Shown: one piece after another, positions 9,646 to 17,699 of the stretch
Position numbering within the stretch: position 1 is the stretch's first letter
How the letters are laid out: every line of letters starts with the position of its first letter
Virus record (IMG/VR): IMGVR_UViG_3300042691_005581
Location: 13,360-77,359 of that record
Origin: a virus
Reading direction: 5' to 3' (one strand)
Length of the DNA stretch: 64,000 nt
Position numbers and translations under genes: made by a program
The notes under the pieces: model-generated
What the model was told of the DNA's origin: nothing
Databases searched by the model: none
Seen by the model: the letters and a program-made list of their open reading frames with translations, nothing else

Positions 9646-10628
9646 TTTGTATACCTTGCATTTAGTGCATCTGCATATGCCTGCACATTATCACTAACTC
9701 GTTGTAAATCATATTCTGCACAAAATTTTAACAATCTAATTCCTACTTGTGAGATATTTTTCTCTTTGTTTAATTCTGTAGTGATAGTTTCGTTAATAAT
9801 TTTTCGAATTTCTTCGGGCTGTGCAGCCAAATCGCACAGCAATTTATTGCGTTCGTAGCACTCTTTAACTCGCTGTTCGACACCTTCGTGGTCAGTCCAA
9901 CGTTGTAACATCATGTTGTTCCAATTGTAGCCTTTGTTGTCACGATCGGAAAATGCTTCGCGCAAACCTATTTTATTCTTTGTGCCCTTTTCTCTTACAC
10001 CTGGGTATGCACTAAAGATGTTGTCGCTTGTATCACCGCGCATACACTTCTCAAAAAGCATCCATTCTGGTTCAGGAGCAGGCTTAACTGTTTTAGTTTT
10101 TTTGTCAATAACAGGTTTATTTTTTTCGTCAAAATATCCTTCGTGTGTTATTGTGACACCCGATACTCCGTTATATTGTTTCACATTAGGAGCAATTAGT
10201 TGTGCAAAATCTCCGTCTGTTGAAATAATTACATGATTGTCATTCGGGTGACTTTGAATAAAACCTGCAATGAGATCGTCTGCTTCTAGTTGTGCATGTC
10301 TAAGAACTGTGCAATTAGTTTTAGTTTCAATGAAGTCTTTAAATTGATCAAATGTTTCCCAAAACAGTTTTTCTTCTTCTGCTTCTCTAGGGCTGTGTGC
10401 TGCTCTAGCTTCGGCTCGTTGTCTTTTGTAAGGTGCATAGTGATCCTTTCGCCAGCTACGCCCCTCCAATGCAAAGATAACATGAGTTCCGTTAAAGTCC
10501 TTCCATGCTTTCTTAACCGAGTTAAGAATAATATGCATAGCCATGCCGACTTTTTCGTCGGCATTGCCTCGAACTACGTGTCTTGCACGAAAGAATGTAT
10601 TTGCTGTATCTACTAGAATATATGTCAT
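9642..10628 (-). CDS. 5'-3' exonuclease / RNase H (T4 Rnh/FEN family)
   Basis: ILVD..N, SWRK...PYK..R, EADDLI, IISTDGDF.QL, GDTSDNI. Confidence 0.92.
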   Translation of the reverse strand: MTYILVDTANTFFRARHVVRGNADEKVGMAMHIILNSVKKAWKDFNGTHVIFALEGRSWRKDHYAPYKRQRAEARAAHSPREAEEEKLFWETFDQFKDFIETKTNCTVLRHAQLEADDLIAGFIQSHPNDNHVIISTDGDFAQLIAPNVKQYNGVSGVTITHEGYFDEKNKPVIDKKTKTVKPAPEPEWMLFEKCMRGDTSDNIFSAYPGVREKGTKNKIGLREAFSDRDNKGYNWNNMMLQRWTDHEGVEQRVKECYERNKLLCDLAAQPEEIRKIINETITTELNKEKNISQVGIRLLKFCAEYDLQRVSDNVQAYADALNARYTK

Positions 10629-11068
10629 TAGCTGATCTCTGATTTGCCTTGGCCTAAGTTGTTAACATTGATATAGCCCGAACCTCTCCGGTCCATATCA
10701 ACTCCTGATTCAGCTCCGATATTCCGGCACAAATCTTGAAACCATTTGTCGACAATTTCTTCATCTGTTTCACCGTAATAACCTGCTAGTCTTAATTCTA
10801 CTATAAAAAGCTCGTTCCAGTCAAGTTCAAAAAATCCATTCTTAACATTGTCCTTATTGACTTTGGTATCCAATACAGCAATATAAGATTCATTGCGTTC
10901 GGTTGCTAACTCTTTTGGACTCAGTTTAGATAATCTTTCTGCTTCTGCGGCATCTGCAATTACTTTGGCAGCTCTTTCAGTAGCTTCCTGAAGTTTTTTT
11001 TCTGCTTCGACAGTAGCCTGCTCTAGTTTATCAATTCCGAATATTTTTTTAATAAATTTTTTCATCAT
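10628..11068 (-). CDS. Hypothetical protein
   Basis: Coiled-coil N-terminus and GFFELDWN motif; start placed at the ATGA overlap with the queE stop. Confidence 0.6.
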   Translation of the reverse strand: MMKKFIKKIFGIDKLEQATVEAEKKLQEATERAAKVIADAAEAERLSKLSPKELATERNESYIAVLDTKVNKDNVKNGFFELDWNELFIVELRLAGYYGETDEEIVDKWFQDLCRNIGAESGVDMDRRGSGYINVNNLGQGKSEIS

Positions 11069-11925
11069 GTACCCCACTCATTCTTAAACAATGGAACTTG
11101 TAAACGATCACTATATCGCAAGCCTGCTCGCATGGCCAAATCTGCCACACGTCGATTGTTTAGGGAATAGACACTTTCTACTCCACCAACTGGCATTAGA
11201 TATACATGACCTTTGAATCCGGCAGCACGATACGCACCGATAGCACATTCAGCATCTGCAAAGTCTTGTTCAGTAGCAATAACAAATTTTAGATATACAG
11301 TGCCTACAGTTTCATAATTGCAAACAACATCTGGTTTGATAGCATCGTCCCACGGTTCTCCGGAACATGGAAGTTTGGCACTAACTGAGAATGTAACTTC
11401 TCTTTCTAGCTTATGGTCTTGATTTTGCCACATACCTAAATATGTTTTAAATTCTTTTGTTAGACGCATAGTGCCGTTGGTTTCAAATGTAATCTCTTTG
11501 AGACCTGCCATCTTTGGATTATTCAGAAGTTCTGGATAGGCTTTTTGCCAACCTAACAATGGCTCACCTCCAGTGATAACCAAGTGCTCATCCTTCCACT
11601 CACCGTGCGGAATAATTTCCATAATACGATCTGCAATAGCATCAGTAGTCAGCATAGGACTTAGATCTTTAAATTCGGGCATCCAGCTGGCGTAGCTGTC
11701 ACAACCTGTACTAACTAGTGGTAACATCTTGTAGTCTGCATAGGGTGTAATCTTGTGAGCTTTTGCAATGTCTTCGGCTTCTGCACTCAATTCTCCGCGA
11801 GACATGCCAAACCCTTGACATTTAAAGTTACATCCAAATGTACGTAAGAAGACGGAAGGTACTCCCATGTACCTTCCTTCACCTTGAATACTGTAAAAAA
11901 GTTCTGATATTTTAATTTTATTCAT
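11065..11925 (-). CDS. queE: 7-carboxy-7-deazaguanine synthase (radical SAM)
   Basis: SELFYSIQGEG, FLRTFGCNFKC...GCDS (insert in the CxxxCxxC motif), ITGGEPLL, ETNGT; near folE. Confidence 0.88.
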   Translation of the reverse strand: MNKIKISELFYSIQGEGRYMGVPSVFLRTFGCNFKCQGFGMSRGELSAEAEDIAKAHKITPYADYKMLPLVSTGCDSYASWMPEFKDLSPMLTTDAIADRIMEIIPHGEWKDEHLVITGGEPLLGWQKAYPELLNNPKMAGLKEITFETNGTMRLTKEFKTYLGMWQNQDHKLEREVTFSVSAKLPCSGEPWDDAIKPDVVCNYETVGTVYLKFVIATEQDFADAECAIGAYRAAGFKGHVYLMPVGGVESVYSLNNRRVADLAMRAGLRYSDRLQVPLFKNEWGT

Positions 11926-12190
11926 AAATTCCTGACCATTGTTTTAATTTTTCGATCTTAGCCTGCTTGGCAGTGTTAAGACCTTCTTCTGTTATAATAC
12001 TATAAGATTTTAACAGATCTACCATAGCAAGTACATCCCCAATTTCACCTTCTAAGTGCTGTGCATTAGTCAACGGCTTACCGGGTTTAAAATTGTTTAA
12101 ACCAAATCGGTGACATTTACTTACTGCTTGAATTACTTCTGCACATTCCTCACTGAGGATGTTCATTACTTCGTGTAGTTTATTATCCAT
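11918..12190 (-). CDS. MazG-like nucleotide pyrophosphohydrolase
   Basis: EECAEVIQA..K and LEGEIGDV motifs. Confidence 0.75.
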   Translation of the reverse strand: MDNKLHEVMNILSEECAEVIQAVSKCHRFGLNNFKPGKPLTNAQHLEGEIGDVLAMVDLLKSYSIITEEGLNTAKQAKIEKLKQWSGIYE

Positions 12191-12644
12191 TATTTGCTCT
12201 TTCTGTTAGGTACGTTTCATTGTGTACCCATTTGTTGTTTACTAGGAAACCCCATTCTCTACGTTGTGGACCAGGCATGAACATTGTCCAGCAGTCTGTT
12301 CCTTCTTTAAGCTCAACACGGTGATAGCTATTAGCAGGGCAAATACGGAAGTGCCCAGGACCACGCCAATGCCGTGTTTCACTGATCTTGGCACCTTGTG
12401 AATCAAAGTTAGGAGTCCATTCATAATAACCACCTTTAAGTATTAGAGTAGCGTAAGGCCATGGATGATCATGTACATCATCTGGATCTGACTTAAGAAA
12501 CTTGTGTAAGAATACATTGAATGGAAATCGCTTCCTATCTTTAAGAAAGAGATAGTAACGTTCTAAGTAAGGTTCGCTGTTCACACGATCCATTACAATA
12601 CGTTTCCGATCTAGCAGTTCTAGAAGTTTAAGCAGAACCTTCAT
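12183..12644 (-). CDS. Cupin-fold protein
   Basis: LHKF..SD...HDHPW...LKGGYYE...HRVEL metal-binding cupin motifs. Confidence 0.75.
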   Translation of the reverse strand: MKVLLKLLELLDRKRIVMDRVNSEPYLERYYLFLKDRKRFPFNVFLHKFLKSDPDDVHDHPWPYATLILKGGYYEWTPNFDSQGAKISETRHWRGPGHFRICPANSYHRVELKEGTDCWTMFMPGPQRREWGFLVNNKWVHNETYLTERANNG

Positions 12645-12891
12645 CTTTGATTGCTTTCTTTTTACGAGTGGTAGTTTTTGCGGGAATTGCGCTTTCCGCT
12701 TTTAGTATAGCAGCTCTGACGTCTCTTGTCAATGCTTCGTCGTCCCATTCTAATTCAGTGCGACCGTCCGGGTATGTAGTCACAGTTAAATGACTGCCCT
12801 TTTCCACTTTGGGCAGAATAATTTTAGCAGAACCTGTAGTTCCGGGCATGTCCAAAATTGCACTGTCTGATTTCTTTTTACGTGTTGCCAT
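12628..12891 (-). CDS. Hypothetical protein
   Basis: AAGGA RBS; basic termini. Confidence 0.55.
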   Translation of the reverse strand: MATRKKKSDSAILDMPGTTGSAKIILPKVEKGSHLTVTTYPDGRTELEWDDEALTRDVRAAILKAESAIPAKTTTRKKKAIKDEGSA

Positions 12892-12903
12892 TATTTTTCC
12901 TTT

Positions 12904-13407
12904 TTAAAAAGGCCATTGATTGCTAGGAGCAGGCCTTGATTTTAATTTAACATTTTCTTCGATTACAGTACCGTCGTCCTCACATAGATCTACTTGATAC
13001 GGAGCATCGATTACTAGATATTCATCTTCGAGTTGCCAATCGTGCTCTGCATCAAATAACCAGGCAGCACCTGATCGTTCAAATTCTTCATTACCATCGC
13101 CTTCTAAATAACACCGCTTAATTTCTTCTTGTTCTTCTTCGCTAATGTCATCACTAAAATCGAACCAACAAGCATGTTGGTCATCTAATTCTGCACCCCA
13201 GCCGCAATCTGTTTTAGCATGGGCCTGCTCGTCTCCCTCGTAAGGCAAATTGCAGTCAAGTTCTTCTTCAACAAAGCCTTGTCCCCAACGATAGTGATCA
13301 TCAATGTTAAACCAACTGATACTACCGTCCGCATTTTCGCGGAACATTTCAATGTGCCAGCAAATGCTTTTCTTATGTAACGGTTTAATTAGATAAACTT
13401 TAGACAT
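12904..13407 (-). CDS. Highly acidic hypothetical protein (paralog of next ORF)
   Basis: D/E-rich 167 aa; KKS and D.YR motifs shared with neighbour. Confidence 0.65.
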   Translation of the reverse strand: MSKVYLIKPLHKKSICWHIEMFRENADGSISWFNIDDHYRWGQGFVEEELDCNLPYEGDEQAHAKTDCGWGAELDDQHACWFDFSDDISEEEQEEIKRCYLEGDGNEEFERSGAAWLFDAEHDWQLEDEYLVIDAPYQVDLCEDDGTVIEENVKLKSRPAPSNQWPF

Positions 13408-13910
13408 TAGTCTTCCTTGAAATCACTTACATTGCCATCTTCGTCTGCAATGATAATACGAATATTAGTTTCGTCGTCTTCGTTGGTAACTTCAATTGGG
13501 CCCCAGATATAAACTTCGGTATCTTCCAAGTACCAATCACCTTCATCTTCTAACGCATAAGCACCGTTTTCGTCAATAAATTCTTGTAACTCTTCAATTT
13601 CGTTGTCATCTTCGATGCCTTCAATTTCTGTATCACCCCAGCAACCGCCATCGAACATATCGATCATTTCGGAACTGATAATGTTGTTAGCTTCGCATGA
13701 ATACATATCTAAGCTGTCAGTTTTACCATCGCCGCCGGGTACTTGAACAAACTCAAACTCTGGAAAATTATCGTCTTCAGTTTCTACTCTGAAAGTACAA
13801 AAACGGTATCCGTCTTTAACCGTAATTCGCCCTGTGCCGTTGCGTTGAACATAGTGTTCATGCTGTTCGCATGATTTTTTATAGTGTGTTTTAACAATCC
13901 AAAATGCCAT
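13407..13910 (-). CDS. Highly acidic hypothetical protein
   Basis: Start reassigned to MAFWIV (GAGG RBS at end of folE); 167 aa, D/E-rich. Confidence 0.65.
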   Translation of the reverse strand: MAFWIVKTHYKKSCEQHEHYVQRNGTGRITVKDGYRFCTFRVETEDDNFPEFEFVQVPGGDGKTDSLDMYSCEANNIISSEMIDMFDGGCWGDTEIEGIEDDNEIEELQEFIDENGAYALEDEGDWYLEDTEVYIWGPIEVTNEDDETNIRIIIADEDGNVSDFKED

Positions 13911-13914
13911 AATA

Positions 13915-14613
13915 TTACCTCGGAGCAAAGTCTTGTTGCAATTTAATGTTATCAAAGAATTCTTTCTTTGTACTTTGATCGTCTTTAAATGCACCTTTTA
14001 ACACAGTAGTCTGTGTCAATGAACTATGTGCCATGATGCCGCGATTCTCACAGCATCCATGAACAGCCTGTACATAAACGCCTACGTCTGTTGCGTCTGT
14101 TGCTTTTTGGATTTCCCTAGCAATATCATTACAAAGTTCCTCCTGGAGAGTCCCTCGTCTTGCACACCACTGGGCGATTCGTGTGTACTTTGATAATCCA
14201 ATAAGTTTGTTAGCAGCCAAAATGCCAATATAAGCAACGCCACTAACGGGTTGGTGATGATGACTACACATACTGCGAAGCTCACTACGAACAACCAGCA
14301 TACCTTCGTAGCGGTCCTGCGAATCATTTGGAAATGCTGTTGCGTCTGGTGCTTGTTCATATCTACCTGCCATTATTTCGTTGAAATACATTTTAGCCAA
14401 CCGGCGTGCTGTACCTTTTGAGTTAGGATCATTTTCACGATCAATTAGCAATGTATCTAGCACTTGTTCAAATGCCGCAGTTGCTTCGTCAATTAGTTCT
14501 GGCAACACATTGTCATCAACATATTCGCTAATGTTGTCTCCTGCCCAGAAACGTTTGTTATCGCTACGCATTCTATTACGAATTACCTGCGATAGGTTCT
14601 TACTTGTATCCAT
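13915..14613 (-). CDS. folE: GTP cyclohydrolase I
   Basis: T..RLAKMY, SMCSHH, IGLSKY.R, LQEEL, HGCCENRG. Confidence 0.95.
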   Translation of the reverse strand: MDTSKNLSQVIRNRMRSDNKRFWAGDNISEYVDDNVLPELIDEATAAFEQVLDTLLIDRENDPNSKGTARRLAKMYFNEIMAGRYEQAPDATAFPNDSQDRYEGMLVVRSELRSMCSHHHQPVSGVAYIGILAANKLIGLSKYTRIAQWCARRGTLQEELCNDIAREIQKATDATDVGVYVQAVHGCCENRGIMAHSSLTQTTVLKGAFKDDQSTKKEFFDNIKLQQDFAPR

Positions 14614-14653
14614 TATAATTTCTCCGAGTTATTGTCGTGGATGACTTTTGTAC

Positions 14654-14683
14654 ATTGTAACTTTATTTAGGCAAGTTGGTCAA
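14654..14683 (-). promoter_or_regulatory. sigma70-type promoter TTGACC-18-TACAAT with nested TAAATA (14664-14669)
   Basis: Hexamers upstream of folE leader. Confidence 0.55.
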
Positions 14684-15469
14684 CCTCAGCAGTAAATTCT
14701 TTTTTACTGCGGAGTCTATTACGTTGAGATTTGCATCATGACATTCTGCATATCTTATTAATGCAGACGTGTCTTTAGGAAAACACATACCGCCAAATCC
14801 TAATGCGCCATCTGGACCTGGGACTCTAAAATGGCTATTTCCTAGTCGAGGATCTAATTGCACTAATTCTGCAATTTTATTATAATCTTCTCCTGTGTTT
14901 TTGCACAATTGAAATATCTCATTCATAAACACAACTTTGGTAGCTAAGAAACAGTTAATTGTATATTTGGCAAAACTTGCCTGTGCCGGTGTGCAATATT
15001 TTATATCTGTTAATAGTTTTTGTCCCATTCTAATAAGACGTTCTGCTTCTCTAATCCAAGCAGGAATTGAACCACCGATGATGGCAAATTTGCCATGTGC
15101 ATAATCTCTACTGGCATTTGCAGCCGTTAAAAATTCCGGAGCATGAACTAAATTTTTATGTTTTATTGATAAACGTTCGTATACGTTTGGAGGTGCAGTA
15201 GTTTTACTAATGATGACACCTGCAAAGTCTTTCAATTCTTCTAATACTGATTCGAGAATAGTAGTGTCGCAGCTTCCGTCATCTTTTGATGGGCTGGGTA
15301 CACATACAAATACTCCCTCACAATCTTCTAAATCTTTATAGGTATTAGGCAGTCCTTTTGGAGGATCAACTAATACCAATTCGCAAAATAAATCATCTAA
15401 ACTGTCACGAACAGCAGTACCTACAAATCCTAATCCTACGATTCCTATTTTTGTTTTTTCTTTAAACAT
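14663..15469 (-). CDS. UDP-glucose/GDP-mannose dehydrogenase family protein (short, lacks C-terminal domain)
   Basis: GLGFVG Rossmann motif, CVPSP, KTT.PP, PEFL, K...N.FLA.KV.F.NE, GFGGMCFPKD catalytic Cys. Confidence 0.88.
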   Translation of the reverse strand: MFKEKTKIGIVGLGFVGTAVRDSLDDLFCELVLVDPPKGLPNTYKDLEDCEGVFVCVPSPSKDDGSCDTTILESVLEELKDFAGVIISKTTAPPNVYERLSIKHKNLVHAPEFLTAANASRDYAHGKFAIIGGSIPAWIREAERLIRMGQKLLTDIKYCTPAQASFAKYTINCFLATKVVFMNEIFQLCKNTGEDYNKIAELVQLDPRLGNSHFRVPGPDGALGFGGMCFPKDTSALIRYAECHDANLNVIDSAVKKNLLLRLTNLPK

Positions 15470-16545
15470 TATTTTAAATTCTCCAATAATTTATTTGCAC
15501 TAAAGAATCGTTCAGTTAGATCGGCAACTTGTTTGCGAATAGTAGGAACCCTGCTATGATAATTGTCCATGTGTTGCATAATAGCAAAACATAGATTAGG
15601 CCTATGTTCTTCATATGCTGCAAACGATTCAGTCCATTTACTAGGATACTTAAAAGTATCATAATACATTTCAGTATAACTTAGTCTGTCCGGCACCATA
15701 GGAATAGCATCTACTAACGCACCTTCGTAGCAACTAATGCCCAAAGTTTCTTGTAGATTAGCACTAAACACTAACTTAGCTTCGCCTAGCAAATTATGAT
15801 ATTCATTTTTAGTCAGTTGTTGATCCTGACAAACAACAAATTCATACTGTGGCAAATGTTCTTTTAGATTGCGGAAGATCTCAACTTGTTTCTCTGGAGC
15901 AATACGATGCGGGAACAGAATAAGATCACGCTTAGGCATGTTCTTGTATGCTGTCAAAGTATTGTCCATATACTCCATAGGCCATCCTGTTCGTACAATA
16001 TCACCATTAGCCATATAGCGAATACGACCTGTTCGAGCATCGACTTTTAATAAATTTTCTAGAAACAAATTGATATGAAAGTCTGTAGCAAAGTAGTTGT
16101 GATCAATAGCATGGAAGAAGCTAGCCTCGGCATTACGTACCCAAGGAGCATCCCCGATAAGACGTCCTAGGAAGTCTTGGGGATCATAACTGCCAGCATG
16201 CCAAAGAGCGTGGATAGTTACAGGAATTCCGAGAAGCCCGGCCATGTATTTGAGATTGATGATACCAGGGTGCCAAGCATCAGTGAATACAAAATGATCA
16301 CCTGGGCAAACGGCTCCGTTGCAAAATAGCCTACCCATGTGTTCAACCTGTGCTGCCTTATATATGTTGGTACCGCCAAAATTAAGGAAAGCACCAGGCG
16401 TAGTGGCAGCAGGAATATCTGTAGGGCCAGAGATAATTTGAACATTGTGTCCTGCCTTTTTAAGTAGAGAAGGAACGTGAAGTTTCCACTCACCTGTATA
16501 GCGAGTGGAAACAGCCTCTAAATCAATTAGAAAAACGTTCGCCAT
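15469..16545 (-). CDS. GT-B fold glycosyltransferase
   Basis: HRIAPEKQ and ETLGIS..EG (ExFG...E-like) donor-binding motifs; start reassigned to MANVFL. Confidence 0.8.
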   Translation of the reverse strand: MANVFLIDLEAVSTRYTGEWKLHVPSLLKKAGHNVQIISGPTDIPAATTPGAFLNFGGTNIYKAAQVEHMGRLFCNGAVCPGDHFVFTDAWHPGIINLKYMAGLLGIPVTIHALWHAGSYDPQDFLGRLIGDAPWVRNAEASFFHAIDHNYFATDFHINLFLENLLKVDARTGRIRYMANGDIVRTGWPMEYMDNTLTAYKNMPKRDLILFPHRIAPEKQVEIFRNLKEHLPQYEFVVCQDQQLTKNEYHNLLGEAKLVFSANLQETLGISCYEGALVDAIPMVPDRLSYTEMYYDTFKYPSKWTESFAAYEEHRPNLCFAIMQHMDNYHSRVPTIRKQVADLTERFFSANKLLENLK

Positions 16546-16765
16546 TGTTTCGATTTTCGTAGCGTGGGTTCTTACCCTTGTATCCTTCACGCGGCTTACC
16601 ACGATTTGAAAAATACCGATACTCTTGAGAGCGATATAAGTCTGCAGGATTAAAATCTAATAGATTAAATCGGCAGTGGTCGAGCCATGCTTCTAAGTCG
16701 TCGAAGATTTTAGATACTTCGGGTTTCATGCGGAGAGTTTTTTGAATATAGGCAGGTTGTGCCAT
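16523..16765 (-). CDS. Hypothetical protein
   Basis: AAGGA RBS; within modification cluster. Confidence 0.6.
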   Translation of the reverse strand: MAQPAYIQKTLRMKPEVSKIFDDLEAWLDHCRFNLLDFNPADLYRSQEYRYFSNRGKPREGYKGKNPRYENRNNGERFSN

Positions 16766-16774
16766 GTTTTTTCC

Positions 16775-17149
16775 TTAATTGGAAGTTGTTGATAAAGTTG
16801 GAATATACTCTACAATACCATCTGATTCGCCGTCTTCGGAGACTACAATCTCGTAAGATCGATTAGTTCCGTATGAGGGAATTAAATGGTTCTGCAAAAT
16901 ATCTGTTGCTATCATTTCGCAGGATTTATGATTTTGATTACCTGCTTTGATAAAATCTTGTAATGCCCACTTGACAAGGAAGAATTCTAATTCTCTATCA
17001 AGATGAGTGACTGAAATTTTTACTTCAACTTTGAACATGTGACGATGTTCGTTTTCTAAAAACTGAATACGAGGATCAATTGATCCTGCGTTCGGATAAA
17101 AGTGAAATCCTTGAAATTCAGTACGAATTTTAATATATGTATTTGTCAT
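16775..17149 (-). CDS. QueD-like T-fold protein, DpdL-like (putative CDG decarboxylase)
   Basis: LENEHRHMF (LxxxHRHxF instead of QueD CxxxHGH), SCEMIA, VSEDGE. Confidence 0.7.
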   Translation of the reverse strand: MTNTYIKIRTEFQGFHFYPNAGSIDPRIQFLENEHRHMFKVEVKISVTHLDRELEFFLVKWALQDFIKAGNQNHKSCEMIATDILQNHLIPSYGTNRSYEIVVSEDGESDGIVEYIPTLSTTSN

Positions 17150-17664
17150 TTGATAATCTTATCGTTTTTATATTGTGACCAGTCTGTAAAATTTTTACGA
17201 TCCATTAGTGTGTGCAAACTGTGACTCCACACACCAGGGTTAGTTGCATTAAAATCTTTGTCGTCAATTTTAATCATCGTATTATAATTCCAAAGTTTTA
17301 CATATGGAATAGGCACACGAATTTGAGGAATAAAATTTGAATGTTCGTTTAGACTGCCATCGTGAAATTCTTCCACTGCACTTAGTGGAATGTCAAGACT
17401 GCATAGATAACCTTTTTCTAGGAAGAATTCGATCATATCTTCCCAGGCCTTCCAACCGTCGTAATCATTGAAGGCAGGATTGAAGCTGTGATTTGCACCA
17501 AAGAAAATATGCTCGCAACCTTGCAAGTTTATAGCAATAGTTTCTACAGGTTGAACACCTACTACAAACAGAGTTTTGAGTCCGTATGCAGGAGTATGTT
17601 CAATTTCGGTGCCAGTAAAGAATATCACTTCTTCTTTAATACCAGTATCATAATCTCGTTTCAT
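17146..17664 (-). CDS. Hypothetical protein between DpdA-like and DpdL-like genes
   Basis: 172-aa ORF; G.EIEHTP, HIFFGANHSF, NPGVW.H. Confidence 0.65.
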   Translation of the reverse strand: MKRDYDTGIKEEVIFFTGTEIEHTPAYGLKTLFVVGVQPVETIAINLQGCEHIFFGANHSFNPAFNDYDGWKAWEDMIEFFLEKGYLCSLDIPLSAVEEFHDGSLNEHSNFIPQIRVPIPYVKLWNYNTMIKIDDKDFNATNPGVWSHSLHTLMDRKNFTDWSQYKNDKIIK

Positions 17665-17670
17665 ATGTTA

Positions 17671-17699
17671 ACTATAGCAGACTTTATATTAGATGTCAA
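17671..17699 (-). promoter_or_regulatory. sigma70-type promoter TTGACA-17-TATAGT (leaderless transcript)
   Basis: -10 box lies 6 nt upstream of the ATG at 17664. Confidence 0.7.
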
